From Candidatus Latescibacterota bacterium (GTDB lineage Bacteria > Latescibacterota > UBA2968 > SICM01), in NCBI GenBank assembly GCA_965217865.1, contig CBDCJO010000002.1, forward strand, positions 1,280,001-1,344,000: 64,000 nucleotides of DNA, given 5' to 3'. Shown here piece by piece: positions 1-9,958 of the stretch. The position numbers were made by a program, and so were the translations under genes. Under the pieces are notes generated by a model, which was not told the DNA's origin, did no database searches, and worked only from the letters and a program-made list of their open reading frames with translations. Positions within the stretch are counted from its first letter, which is position 1. Every line of letters begins with the position of its first letter.

Positions 1-458
1 GTGCCGCTCGGGCAGTGGTTTACGGTCTTGGAAAATCCCCTGACGTGGAGCGGATCACGATTCTGAATCGCACCGTCGATCGTGCTGAAAACCTGGCCGA
101 TGACATTCGGAAGGTGACCGGAAAACAGCTGGAAGGGGGACCTCTGTCCGAACAACGGAACGCGTTCCAAAATGCGGGTCTCGTGGTCAACGTAACCTCC
201 CTCGGCATGCACCCGAACGTCGATGGTTCACCCGTGGACGACGTCTCCGCACTCCATCCCGGGTTAACCGTGTTCGATACCGTATTCAACCCCCTCGAAA
301 CCCTGTTGATGCGACAGGCGAAATCTTCTGGTGCCCGCGCGCTTGGCGGGTTGGACATGCTTGTCTTCCAGGGTGCCAGATCCTTAGAGATCTGGACCGG
401 CCTGAAGCCCTCCATTGAAGTTATGAAAAGCTCGGTGCTCAAACGGTTCCGCTCGTGA
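1..458 (+). CDS. aroE: Shikimate dehydrogenase, 5'-truncated by the window edge
   Basis: AARAV, NRT, VNVTSLGM, FDTVFNP and GLDMLVFQGA motifs of the AroE C-terminal domain; aroK and aroB lie nearby. Confidence 0.93.
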   Translation, partial: AARAVVYGLGKSPDVERITILNRTVDRAENLADDIRKVTGKQLEGGPLSEQRNAFQNAGLVVNVTSLGMHPNVDGSPVDDVSALHPGLTVFDTVFNPLETLLMRQAKSSGARALGGLDMLVFQGARSLEIWTGLKPSIEVMKSSVLKRFRS

Positions 459-1180
459 CAGAACCGGATCCTCTTGTCCAGCGAGACTTCGTCCGAGGCA
501 TGTTCGACCGCATTGCAGGACGTTATGATCTCCTGAACCACCTCCTGAGTGCCGGAACTGACGTCAGTTGGAGACGAACAGCCGTCCATCTCCTCGATCC
601 TCAACCGGGATGGCATGTTCTGGACCTTGCGACGGGAACGGGGGACTTCGCTTTCGAGACCGCCTCACGTCAAAACGGCTCTGTCCTCGTGACAGGGGCC
701 GATCTTTCGATGCCCATGCTCAGAATCGGACTTCGGAAGCGAGGGGGGCGAAGGGTCGATCTGCTCTGCTGCGATGCGGAGGGGCTTCCCTTTCAAGATA
801 AAACCTTCAACGGGGTGACCATCGGCTTTGGAATCCGAAACGTGGCTCGTCTGGAGTCGGGTCTGGGAGAGATGTGGCGAATTCTCAAACCCGGAGGGCG
901 CGCTGTCGTCCTCGAATTTTCCAAACCCAGAGCAGTTGTCCTGAAGGACATCTTTAACTTCTACTTCAAGAATATCCTCCCCCGTATCGGAGCCCTCATT
1001 TCCAAGGATAAAATGGCTTACACATATCTTTACGAATCCGTCATCCGATTCCCGGAGGGGGGGGATTTCGTGTCAGCTATGGTGAGGGCGGGTTTCCGAA
1101 GCGTGCGCGAACATCGATTGACGTTCGGAATCGCGACCGCCTACGTTGGGGAGCGGATCCCCTCTGAATGGAGGCCGTAA
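455..1180 (+). CDS. menG: Demethylmenaquinone methyltransferase (UbiE/MenG)
   Basis: MFDRIAGRYDLLNHLLS, LDLATGTGD SAM motif, GFGIRNV, LEFS and AYTYL. Confidence 0.92.
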   Translation: MTEPDPLVQRDFVRGMFDRIAGRYDLLNHLLSAGTDVSWRRTAVHLLDPQPGWHVLDLATGTGDFAFETASRQNGSVLVTGADLSMPMLRIGLRKRGGRRVDLLCCDAEGLPFQDKTFNGVTIGFGIRNVARLESGLGEMWRILKPGGRAVVLEFSKPRAVVLKDIFNFYFKNILPRIGALISKDKMAYTYLYESVIRFPEGGDFVSAMVRAGFRSVREHRLTFGIATAYVGERIPSEWRP

Positions 1181-1998
1181 TGGAAAAAGTTGAAGGGGTG
1201 CGACTCACGACCGCACAACGCATGCATTTCGACATTTACGGATATGTACTGCTGGAAGACGTTTTGACCTGCGATGAGATCGCGCGAATGAAAACCGCTG
1301 TTCACAAGATGAACGAGGATCCTGATCTCGATTCCAAAAAGATCCCCGTGCGTCGAAAGGGAACATACTACGTGATGTTCGAGCGGATCATCGAAAACGA
1401 TCCGGCGCTCCTGGAGTTTGCGGTGCATTCAAAACTCGTTCCCCTGGTCGAAGATGTGGTGGGCGGGGCCGTCCGACTGGAGGAGTCCGTCGCCGTGATT
1501 TCAAGCAGAAACCCTGAAAATTGCCTCGAAGACCTTTTCTCGCGTCGTTATAATCCGACGTCCTTCCACGCTGGCACGCAGCCGGGTTGGGGCACCTACG
1601 AGGAAAAGGATCGATTCCACTGTCTTTTTGTAAAAACGCTGGCCTATCTGACGGATGTGGGGCCGGACGACGGGGGAACGACCGTGATCCCGGGGAGCCA
1701 CAAGTTGCCGTGGGCCCGAAAGGAGTTGATCGACGCCGCGATGGCGGACGATTCCCTCATCCGTCAGATAGAGGCTAAAGCCGGATCGGTCCTGCTCTTC
1801 CCAGAATCACTCGTCCACAGCGGAACTGCCTTGCGAAGCGATAAGGAGCGAACGGTTCTGATCTACGGCTATACCCCGCCCATGCTCAGGGAGTGGACCG
1901 GGCACGAGATTAGCCCTGAGTTCATCGATACCCTTCCTGAAGAGATACGACCGCTTATATCCGGAAGCGACAACTGGCGGTGGCGGAGGAATTACTGA
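1180..1998 (+). CDS. Phytanoyl-CoA dioxygenase (PhyH) family protein
   Basis: FDIYGY, YLTDVGPDDGGTTVIPGSHK and AGSVLLFPESLVH; ATG overlaps the menG stop. Confidence 0.85.
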   Translation: MEKVEGVRLTTAQRMHFDIYGYVLLEDVLTCDEIARMKTAVHKMNEDPDLDSKKIPVRRKGTYYVMFERIIENDPALLEFAVHSKLVPLVEDVVGGAVRLEESVAVISSRNPENCLEDLFSRRYNPTSFHAGTQPGWGTYEEKDRFHCLFVKTLAYLTDVGPDDGGTTVIPGSHKLPWARKELIDAAMADDSLIRQIEAKAGSVLLFPESLVHSGTALRSDKERTVLIYGYTPPMLREWTGHEISPEFIDTLPEEIRPLISGSDNWRWRRNY

Positions 1999-2012
1999 AT
2001 GAAGGCGGCGTT

Positions 2013-2141
2013 CCGTCAATCGTCAATCCTAAACTTCATCCAGACTGTTCCACTGTCTCACGTTTGAACGACGGTCTTTCTGACCCCAGACCTCTGACTC
2101 CCGACAATCGTCTATCGTCCATCGTCCACCGTCGATCTTCC
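2013..2141. repeat. Degenerate 7-bp tandem repeat arrays upstream of argS
   Basis: CCGTCAA TCGTCAA TCCTAAA (2013-2033); CTGACCC CAGACCT CTGACTC (2080-2100); ATCGTCT ATCGTCC ATCGTCC ACCGTCG ATCTTCC (2107-2141). Confidence 0.75.
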
Positions 2142-2147
2142 ATTTAC

Positions 2148-3851
2148 ATGCCAAACCCGTTCATACAACATATTTCCGAACAGGTCTGCATCGCGTCGGG
2201 TCTCCCGGCACACGAAGTGGCTCAAAGAATCGAAATTCCACCCCAGAGCCGGTTGGGGGACTACGCCTTTCCATGCTTTTCTCTGGCCAAGCTTCTCAAA
2301 AAGGCGCCCCCGCTCATCGCAACAGAGTTGGCCGAAAAGATTTTGACCGGCGCCTTGTTTTCAGAGATCCGGCCCGTCGGTCCCTACCTCAACTTTTTCG
2401 TGGAGCGGGGGGCCCTGGCACGACATATTTTGGGCGAGGTCCTGGAAGGGGGAGACGCTTATGGAGAGAGCGACGAAGGGGAGGGAAAGACCATCGTCAT
2501 CGATTTTGCCTCTCCGAATATCGCCAAAGAGTTCCACGTCGGACACCTGATTACCACCATTCTCGGCAACTCGCTGGTTCGGATCCACGAAACCCTGGGC
2601 TACAAAGTCATCGGAGTCAACCATCTGGGTGATTGGGGAACTCCGATTGGCATGGTCATTACGGCCTTTAAGCTATGGGGAGACCGGCTCCAGGTCGAAT
2701 CCAGCCCAATCGATGAACTCCTGAAGCTCTACATCCGGTTTCGTGAGGAGGCCGAGAAAGACGCGGACCTTCACGACCGGGCTCGCACCTGGACCAGGAA
2801 ACTGGAGGAGGGAGATGAGGAAGCGATCTCCCTCTGGAAATGGTTTCGAGATGAGAGCATCAAAGAATATTCCCGGATTTACGACATGCTCGGAGTTCGA
2901 TTCGATGAATATACGGGGGAGAGTTTCTACGCAAAGACAGTCGACCAGGCCATCGACCGGCTCCTCCAGCAGGGACTCGCCGTTGAAAGCGAAGGGCCCT
3001 TGGTCGTGAGGTTGGATGAGGACGATATGCCACCTTGCATCCTCCGACGGAGCGACGGCGCGAGCGTGTATGGGAGCAGGGACATCTCTGCAGCACTTGC
3101 CCGCTATGCGAAGTATCGCTTCGACAAGATGCTCTATGTGACCGACGCCCGCCAGGCCCTGCACTTCAGGCAGTTCTTCAGGGTCCTGGAGTTGATGGGA
3201 AATCCGTGGGCTTCTCAATTGATACACGTAACATACGGTCTCTTGAGCTTCAAAGGCGAGGCCATGGCCACCCGGAGCGGAAACGTAATACTACTGAAAG
3301 ACGTGCTGGGGGAGGCCGTGGAATTGACCCGAAAGATCATCGCCGAGAAAAACCCGGATCTCCGGGACCGAGAGTCGGTTGCAAAGGACGTGGGTATAGG
3401 TGCGGTGATCTTCGCAATGCTCTCCACCCGACGGGGAAAGGACTCGGTCTTTGACTGGGGGGAAGTGCTCAACTTCAACGGGGAAACAGGGCCTTATGTA
3501 CAGTATACTCACGCCCGATATTCTAGTGTCCTTCGAAAGTATGGCCGTGAGGTTCCCCCTCCCGGCGCGGAATGGGAGCGCCTTGTCTCGGATGAAGAAG
3601 CCGCCGTCATAAAACATCTGGAGAGGTTCCCGAAGAGAATACGTGCGGCGGCCGAATCGTATGAACCCTCATTGATCGCGACATATCTTCTCGACCTTTG
3701 CACCGCGGCAAATCTATTCTACAATAACCACCGCGTGATTTCGGATGACCCCGCGCTCACAAAAGCGCGAATATCGCTCGTATATTGCATCAAGCTGGTG
3801 TTGGGAAAGGGATTGCACCTTCTCGGGATGAGGGCACCCGAGAGCATGTAG
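2148..3851 (+). CDS. argS: Arginine--tRNA ligase
   Basis: GDYAFPCF, SPNIAKEFHVGH (HIGH), NHLGDWG, GETGPYVQYTHAR and C-terminal APESM; start placed at ATG 2148. Confidence 0.96.
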   Translation: MPNPFIQHISEQVCIASGLPAHEVAQRIEIPPQSRLGDYAFPCFSLAKLLKKAPPLIATELAEKILTGALFSEIRPVGPYLNFFVERGALARHILGEVLEGGDAYGESDEGEGKTIVIDFASPNIAKEFHVGHLITTILGNSLVRIHETLGYKVIGVNHLGDWGTPIGMVITAFKLWGDRLQVESSPIDELLKLYIRFREEAEKDADLHDRARTWTRKLEEGDEEAISLWKWFRDESIKEYSRIYDMLGVRFDEYTGESFYAKTVDQAIDRLLQQGLAVESEGPLVVRLDEDDMPPCILRRSDGASVYGSRDISAALARYAKYRFDKMLYVTDARQALHFRQFFRVLELMGNPWASQLIHVTYGLLSFKGEAMATRSGNVILLKDVLGEAVELTRKIIAEKNPDLRDRESVAKDVGIGAVIFAMLSTRRGKDSVFDWGEVLNFNGETGPYVQYTHARYSSVLRKYGREVPPPGAEWERLVSDEEAAVIKHLERFPKRIRAAAESYEPSLIATYLLDLCTAANLFYNNHRVISDDPALTKARISLVYCIKLVLGKGLHLLGMRAPESM

Positions 3852-3884
3852 ACTTACGGTTTAATCAAACTTGGAGGATCGACT

Positions 3885-4406
3885 GTCAAGAATCGTCACA
3901 TTTATCTGACCGGATTCATGGGAGCCGGGAAAAGCAAGGTGGGAACCATTTTGGCCGTACGGCTCGACAAGTACTTTGTGGATACCGATGATCTCGTTGA
4001 GGAGAGGGTGGGAAAGTCGATCACGGATATATTTCGGGAAAATGGAGAGGAGAGGTTCCGGCGCTTCGAGCACGAGGTTATAAGAGCGGCTTCCGAGAGA
4101 GATCCCTCAGTCATCGCCCTGGGGGGGGGTGCCGTGACCCGAGAGGAGAATTGGGGAATCATTAAGAATTCGGGAATCTCTGTCTATCTTCACGCAAGCC
4201 CGGAAACAATTTTCCATCGGGTCAGTCGTAAAAGGGATCGCCCTCTTCTCGCCGGATTGGACGACGATGCCTGCCTGGAAAAGATCCGATCGATGCTCTC
4301 CGCCCGGGACCCTTTCTATCGACAAGCGGATATCTCCGTGGAATCGGTGGACGAACGAACCCCCTATCAGACCGCGGATCTCGTCATTCGTGAACTGGAT
4401 AAATAA
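3885..4406 (+). CDS. aroK: Shikimate kinase (start codon uncertain)
   Basis: HIYLTGFMGAGKS P-loop, GEERFR, ALGGGA and RPLL; homology starts upstream of ATG 3918. Confidence 0.93.
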   Translation, partial: VKNRHIYLTGFMGAGKSKVGTILAVRLDKYFVDTDDLVEERVGKSITDIFRENGEERFRRFEHEVIRAASERDPSVIALGGGAVTREENWGIIKNSGISVYLHASPETIFHRVSRKRDRPLLAGLDDDACLEKIRSMLSARDPFYRQADISVESVDERTPYQTADLVIRELDK

Positions 4407-4543
4407 CGCCAGGCATCAAACGTATCCCCTTCCAACGTGACCGCTCTGTTGATTTGTCTTGCTCGCTGCAACTGATCGTTGTGGGTGGGATCGACCCATC
4501 CCGGTAGGTTCCGTACCGGCTTTATGAACGGAAAGTCACTAAA

Positions 4544-5671
4544 ATGAGAACCGTTAAGGTTAAAGTAGGCGAACAAGCTTACCCGATACATATCGGTCAC
4601 GGTATCCTTAAGGAACTCGGAGCGATCTATAGAAAGCTTGAATTGGGCCAGAAAGCAGCGGTCCTTACGGATATGGGAGTTGCCGATCATCATCTGGACC
4701 CGGCTGTGGAGAGCCTTCGTGATGCGGGTGTGGATGTGTTCTCCGTAACCATCCAGGGAGGGGAAGCCAACAAGACCCTCGACACCGTGAAATCCGTCTA
4801 CGATGCGCTCATCGATGCCCGGCTGGACCGGGGTTCCGCCGTGGTATCCCTGGGTGGAGGAGTCGTGGGGGACATCAGCGGATTTGTCGCTGCAACATTT
4901 ATGCGAGGAATAGACTATGTCCAGGTACCCACGACGATCGTGTCGCAGGTGGATGCGAGCGTGGGTGGAAAAACCGGTGTCGATTACGGGGGCGGGAAGA
5001 ACATGATCGGGGCATTCCACCACCCCCGCCTGGTTTGCATCGACACGTCTCTCCTCCGAACACTGCCCCGGCGCGAGGTGGTGGCCGGAATGGTCGAAGT
5101 GGCCAAGCACGCCGTCATCCGTGACGAAGCCATGTTCGCGCTCCTCGAGGGCTGCATTGAAGAAATCGTAGAAATGCGACTCCCGATCGATGAGTTCGAC
5201 GCTCTGATCGAAGGTAACTGTCGGATCAAAGCGGACGTCGTTCAGGCCGACCCTGACGAGCGTACCGGCCTGAGGGCAATCCTCAACTACGGCCATACCA
5301 TCGGACACGCCATCGAGTCTGCGACAGATTATGGTCGTTATCTGCACGGAGAGGCCGTCCTTCTCGGCATGGCTGCAGCGGGAAAGATCGCTTACGATAG
5401 GGGGAGCTGGTCCGGAGTTGACTTCGGTCGTCAGGAGGGACTGCTTCAGCGCCTCGGAATACCGGGGGGCCTGGATCTTTTGCCTGAGGATTCAATACTG
5501 GAGAGGATAGAGATCGATAAGAAATCGCGGGATGGTGTCCTGACTTTCGTCCTTCCGACAAGGATCGGACACGCCACAACCTTTAACGACGTTACGCGAG
5601 ATGAAATTCTAGTGGGAATTGATTATGTTAAACAAGGATCTTTACCAGAAACCGCACGGGCGCCTAATTGA
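4544..5671 (+). CDS. aroB: 3-dehydroquinate synthase
   Basis: GGEANK, LGGGVVGD, VPTT, DASVGGKTG, KNMIGAFHHP and LNYGHTIGHAIE. Confidence 0.96.
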   Translation: MRTVKVKVGEQAYPIHIGHGILKELGAIYRKLELGQKAAVLTDMGVADHHLDPAVESLRDAGVDVFSVTIQGGEANKTLDTVKSVYDALIDARLDRGSAVVSLGGGVVGDISGFVAATFMRGIDYVQVPTTIVSQVDASVGGKTGVDYGGGKNMIGAFHHPRLVCIDTSLLRTLPRREVVAGMVEVAKHAVIRDEAMFALLEGCIEEIVEMRLPIDEFDALIEGNCRIKADVVQADPDERTGLRAILNYGHTIGHAIESATDYGRYLHGEAVLLGMAAAGKIAYDRGSWSGVDFGRQEGLLQRLGIPGGLDLLPEDSILERIEIDKKSRDGVLTFVLPTRIGHATTFNDVTRDEILVGIDYVKQGSLPETARAPN

Positions 5672-5716
5672 AAAGATCTATTTTCCCTATAAGGCGGACC
5701 CGAGATCGCCTAACTC

Positions 5717-6520
5717 ATGCACACCCTGACCTTCGACATCGAAGAATGGTACCACGCCAACTACGACCATTTAGGAACCATATCCGAATGCCCGGAAACC
5801 CATCTGGCTGACAACATTCAATATTTGTTGGACCTGTGCGATCGCTACGGATTGCGCAGCACCTGTTTTATCCTCGGATGCGTGGCCGAAAACAAACCCG
5901 AGTTGATCCGGGAAATTAACCGAAGGGGCCATGAAGTCGCCAGCCACGGTTACGGCCATCGACAGGTGTTCTCAATGACACCGGCAGAATTCGATGCCGA
6001 CTTGTCGCGGTCAATCAAAACCCTGGAGGACGCTGCCGGGACATCCATCCGAAGTTTTCGAGCCCCTTCCTGGTCCATCAACCTGGACATCTTGACCTGG
6101 TATTACGATATCCTCGAGAAACACGGGATCCAACTCAGTTCCAGCATCTTACCAGCCCAAACCTTTTTATACGGCATCCCAGGCTTCCCCCCCAAACCAC
6201 ACCACCCGGTCGTCAACGGTCGCCGGGTCAACGTTTTGGAGCATCCCGTCCCCGTGACCTCGGTCTTTGGGAAAAAGATCGCGTTCTCTGGCGGGTTCTA
6301 CTTTCGATTTTTTCCCTTGTGGTTTATCTGCAGACAGTTTAAACGGCAGTTGCATGAGGGTAACGCTCCGTTCGTATATCTCCACCCTCGAGAGATCGAT
6401 CCCGCTCAGCCCCGTCTCAGCTTGAAGGGAAGGGAACATTTTATACACTATCATGGGATCAATACCGCACCGGCAAAATTCGAACGGCTGTGCGCGTTTT
6501 TGGGCAAGCTCGAGTTATGA
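5717..6520 (+). CDS. Polysaccharide deacetylase (NodB/DUF3473 type)
   Basis: LTFDIEEWY, HEVASHGYGH, FRAPSWS, GGFYFR and YLHPREIDP. Confidence 0.88.
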   Translation: MHTLTFDIEEWYHANYDHLGTISECPETHLADNIQYLLDLCDRYGLRSTCFILGCVAENKPELIREINRRGHEVASHGYGHRQVFSMTPAEFDADLSRSIKTLEDAAGTSIRSFRAPSWSINLDILTWYYDILEKHGIQLSSSILPAQTFLYGIPGFPPKPHHPVVNGRRVNVLEHPVPVTSVFGKKIAFSGGFYFRFFPLWFICRQFKRQLHEGNAPFVYLHPREIDPAQPRLSLKGREHFIHYHGINTAPAKFERLCAFLGKLEL

Positions 6521-7551
6521 CTGGTCAATTACAAATCAAGCTATGTGAATCAGAAGCCGAGGGAAAGGCATGGAACAAATTTGTAAAAGTCGCTCCGGGG
6601 GCAACCGTATATCACCGATGGGAGTGGCGAGAGATTTATCGGAGCAGCTTCGGATTCACCCCCCGATACTGGGGTGCTTTTATAAACGGAGAACTGATCG
6701 GTGTCTTCCCCGGCGTTTTTATGCGGGGGCTGAACTTCCGCCGCCACTGGGTTTCACTTCCCTTTATTACGGCCGCGGGCCCCTGTGCGACAAGCGACGA
6801 AAACTGGAACGCCTTGCTGGACGGCGTGATGAAAGACGAGGCCCCTTATGTCTCCGTCCAGGTTCGGACCCTGGGAAACAGGGCATGTCCAGGATGGAAG
6901 ACCCAGGCCGATTCTGTAACGTGTGTTCTGAGGCTATCCAGCGAAGAAACACTATGGAAGGAATCGTTGAGAGGAAAAGTAAGAAATCAGGTTGGCAAAG
7001 CCATGAAAAACGGCGTCACAACCCGTCGGGGAGGCGCAGAATTGATTCCGGGATTCTATCGGATATGGAACCGGCGAATGTGGGAACTCGGAACGCCCGC
7101 GTTTCCTGAGCGCTTCTTTAAGGAAATCCTCCGGACTTTCGGCGAAGATGCATGGATCCGGATTGTAGAGGTGGGTAATCTGATGGTAGGAGGAATGCTG
7201 TTATTAAAAAACGGGAACCGAATTGCCGATCCCTGGGCGGCAACCTTGAGAGACTTTGACCGGGTATGCGCCAACAACCTGCTGTGTTGGAAGGCCATCC
7301 AGGAGGCATGCAGGCTTGAGATCGCGTATTTCGACATGGGTCGATCCCCCCGAGGCAGCACCACGCTCCGTTTTAAAGAAAGCTGGGGAGCACGACCTGA
7401 ACCTTTATCATACTTGATTCGACCCGGAAAAAAAAGTGGCCCATTTTCCCAACAAAATTTCTCGCTGGCCTCCAGAATATGGTCCCAGGTCCCGATGAAA
7501 GCCACCAACAAAATGGGGCCAATGGTCGTCCGATTCCTGACCGAACTTTAA
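6517..7551 (+). CDS. FemAB-like GNAT-fold protein
   Basis: YHRWEW, SLPF, KVRNQV, LGTP, NNLL, FDMGRS and FKESWGA; ATG overlaps the upstream stop. Confidence 0.82.
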   Translation: MTGQLQIKLCESEAEGKAWNKFVKVAPGATVYHRWEWREIYRSSFGFTPRYWGAFINGELIGVFPGVFMRGLNFRRHWVSLPFITAAGPCATSDENWNALLDGVMKDEAPYVSVQVRTLGNRACPGWKTQADSVTCVLRLSSEETLWKESLRGKVRNQVGKAMKNGVTTRRGGAELIPGFYRIWNRRMWELGTPAFPERFFKEILRTFGEDAWIRIVEVGNLMVGGMLLLKNGNRIADPWAATLRDFDRVCANNLLCWKAIQEACRLEIAYFDMGRSPRGSTTLRFKESWGARPEPLSYLIRPGKKSGPFSQQNFSLASRIWSQVPMKATNKMGPMVVRFLTEL

Positions 7552-8432
7552 GGAGTCACTTACGGCCTCTGGCAGGTGGTCGCGCTTTGAATACAAATCT
7601 GTTCTCCTGAACCTCAATTTCCCCCGACCGTCAATCGATGGTCATGGCTCGCAGGATCTCCCACTGCTCCTCTCTCATCGTTTGCGACGAGTACAAGGCC
7701 ACGCCTGAAGCTCCCGCATCAAGCGTTACTCGGACCGCTTCCTTGAACGCCTTCGGTTCCAGGCTGCTCACCATCAGCCAGGGATAAAGCGGTACGTCTC
7801 GCTCAAGTGATGCGATTCCCGCTCGCGTCTGTTCCCCGATCCAGGCCACGTCTTCCAGGTAGAAAGATTGATAGAGCATTGGGTGAACACCGTCCAGGTC
7901 CCATCTCGACCATTGCTGCCTAACGTGTTGCCAGTTTGAGAACACCGCCGCCGTCATTGCTTTGCCCCGGGCGCGCCCGATGGGCACCAGCATTTCATTT
8001 ACGATGCGGGTGATCAGATCGTAGCGGAACTGCAGCCATTCCTGGCTGGTCGTGGGGTCCTCCATCTCCAGCGGATCTGCCCCGTGCATCTTCTCGAAAT
8101 CGCCCCGACACGCCTCGCAGTAGCAATAATCGTACTCCGGGCACTCCCGGTGCTGGACGATTCCGTATTTCGGTTGCAGCCCCCTGGCCAGGATAGCGTC
8201 CTGTTGGCGGATAACGTCCAGGTAGATCCCGTCCAACTGGTCGAACCGTGCCAACTCGCTTATCCGTCGTTTCAGGAACTCGTGTACTCCGGAGCGGGAA
8301 GGGCAGAGGAATCTATAGGATCCAATGTAGGCGGGTTTGTCCCACGAAGATTCGCCTTTGCGGTTTACATTGAACCACTCCGGATGGTGTTCGTGCACCT
8401 CTGGAATATTGCAGTTCATGGTGTGAACCTAG

Positions 8433-9958
8433 CAGCCCGTTGAAGAACTACCTTTCAACGCACATAAACGGAAAAGACGCCTGGAGTGCGGGTCGGATAA
8501 ATCAAGGTAAGGAGATTGAGCAGGAGACGCTGATAAGAGGTTAAAAAGGTGACCGAGGGCAGCAAACGTGATTGTAGGACGAGCAGTAGACGCTGCAAGG
8601 CCTTGGCCAGGTCCTGGAGGGCCTTCGGAGTACCTACGCCCATCACTTTGCGCATGAGCAGAGCCAGGTTGCAGCCCCCGATGTGGATCAGCAAACGCTT
8701 GAGGATATTGCCGCGGTCTCTCAAGTGCAACCTGCGCATGCCACCGGTATCATATGTGTGAGCGATGGTTCTTTCCACCCGTTCTGCACGACTTCGGCGC
8801 AAGGCCTTGCCGCGATCTCCCTTGATCCGGCGTCGATTCGCATATACCGCGGCCTGCTCATCTCGTCGGCCGTTCCACTTGCGGCGTCCCCGATCCGGTT
8901 CTGAAATGTAACTCCGGATGCCGCCTTGCTTCAGACTGGTCAATACATCGTTGCTATGATATCCTTTGTCCGCAACCACCTCCCGTATACGCTGTCTGTG
9001 CAAACGTTTGGCAGCTTTTTCGTCCTTCGCGACCTGCTTGAGATTGAGCGGCGCCTCGAGCAGCGTCCAGGGCAACGACTCGGTATCTCCTTCATCTGCT
9101 CCCGACAACGCCACTGCCACAATGGCATTGGTGTCCAGATCCACCGCGTGCTCCACCTTGTGCGCCATGTGCGTGCGACCGTCCTTCATCTTAGCGATCT
9201 TGGCATCCGGGTCGTGCGGGTGCTCCCAGTCCTGGTTCGATCCCTTCTTCGGTCGCTTCTTATCGATCTTGGACAAGTCCTCGCGGGTAGGCGTTTCAAT
9301 GCCCGAGGCCTTGGCCAGATTCTCAAGGAATGCCTGGTAGCCTTCACCCGTGTCACGGCGTACAATGCTGCGCATCGCGGCGTTGGCCTCCAGTGTCGTA
9401 GCATCCACGCCCAACGTCTTCCCCTTCACCAGACCCGCTTTGCACAAGACCCTCAGGATCCACTTGAAAACCGCTTCGTGAACTTCCAAGGGAAGCCGAT
9501 GCCGGATGCGAGACAGGCTGGAATGATCCGGGGTCTGTTCGTCAAGGGCATACCCCAAAAACCGGCGCAACGTCAGCGAGTCAGATACACGCCATTCGAT
9601 CCCACGTTCCGAATCAAGTCCCTCGAAATACCCAATCAAAAGCATCCGAAAATAAACCCCGGGCGGAATGCCCTTGCGACCCATATGAGGAGCGTAATAC
9701 CGCTGGCAAAGCCCTTCGACGAACTCGTCGAAGCCGTTCGCCCCCAATACCTGATTCAGCTTCTCGTAGAACGGATGACCCGGAGATTTCACCAAAGTGT
9801 TCGATGCGATGAACAGGTTTTCCTGTCTCTGTCGTCCTCGTTTTCCCATTGCCATTTGCTCGTCCTCCCTTCTCAGTTTGAACCTGATATATCATAGGAC
9901 CAAACCACAAGGAAAGACAACAGTCATCTTGGCATAAACGCACTTTTTCAACAGGCTG
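8433..9958 (-). mobile_element. IS5/IS1182-type insertion sequence, copy 1 (1526 bp)
   Basis: Imperfect 17-bp terminal inverted repeats CAGCCTGTTGAAAAAGT / CAGCCCGTTGAAGAACT; CTAG at 8429-8432 and 9959-9962. Confidence 0.95.
8455..9855 (-). CDS. DDE transposase with DUF772-like N-terminus
   Basis: SERGI, TPDHSSLSR, VDAT, ADKGY and RAERVER; 466 aa. Confidence 0.95.
   Translation of the reverse strand: MAMGKRGRQRQENLFIASNTLVKSPGHPFYEKLNQVLGANGFDEFVEGLCQRYYAPHMGRKGIPPGVYFRMLLIGYFEGLDSERGIEWRVSDSLTLRRFLGYALDEQTPDHSSLSRIRHRLPLEVHEAVFKWILRVLCKAGLVKGKTLGVDATTLEANAAMRSIVRRDTGEGYQAFLENLAKASGIETPTREDLSKIDKKRPKKGSNQDWEHPHDPDAKIAKMKDGRTHMAHKVEHAVDLDTNAIVAVALSGADEGDTESLPWTLLEAPLNLKQVAKDEKAAKRLHRQRIREVVADKGYHSNDVLTSLKQGGIRSYISEPDRGRRKWNGRRDEQAAVYANRRRIKGDRGKALRRSRAERVERTIAHTYDTGGMRRLHLRDRGNILKRLLIHIGGCNLALLMRKVMGVGTPKALQDLAKALQRLLLVLQSRLLPSVTFLTSYQRLLLNLLTLIYPTRTPGVFSVYVR

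Noticed and set aside
3849-3851. TAG reassignment or ArgS-AroK readthrough fusion
   Set aside because: ArgS ends at its typical C-terminus, aroK has its own SD, and other genes (ending at 31635 and 42602) end normally in TAG.
4485-4520. Two small hairpins between aroK and aroB
   Set aside because: Short stems with no clear U-tract, leader peptide or riboswitch consensus.
4367-5347. Long antisense ORFs (also 24689-25582, 39080-39790 and 53768-54664)
   Set aside because: They are GC-rich shadows of well-supported genes on the opposite strand.
8926-9897. 323-aa antisense ORF and 109-aa alternative-frame ORF in every IS copy
   Set aside because: They shadow the transposase, recur only because the element is repeated, and show no recognisable motifs.
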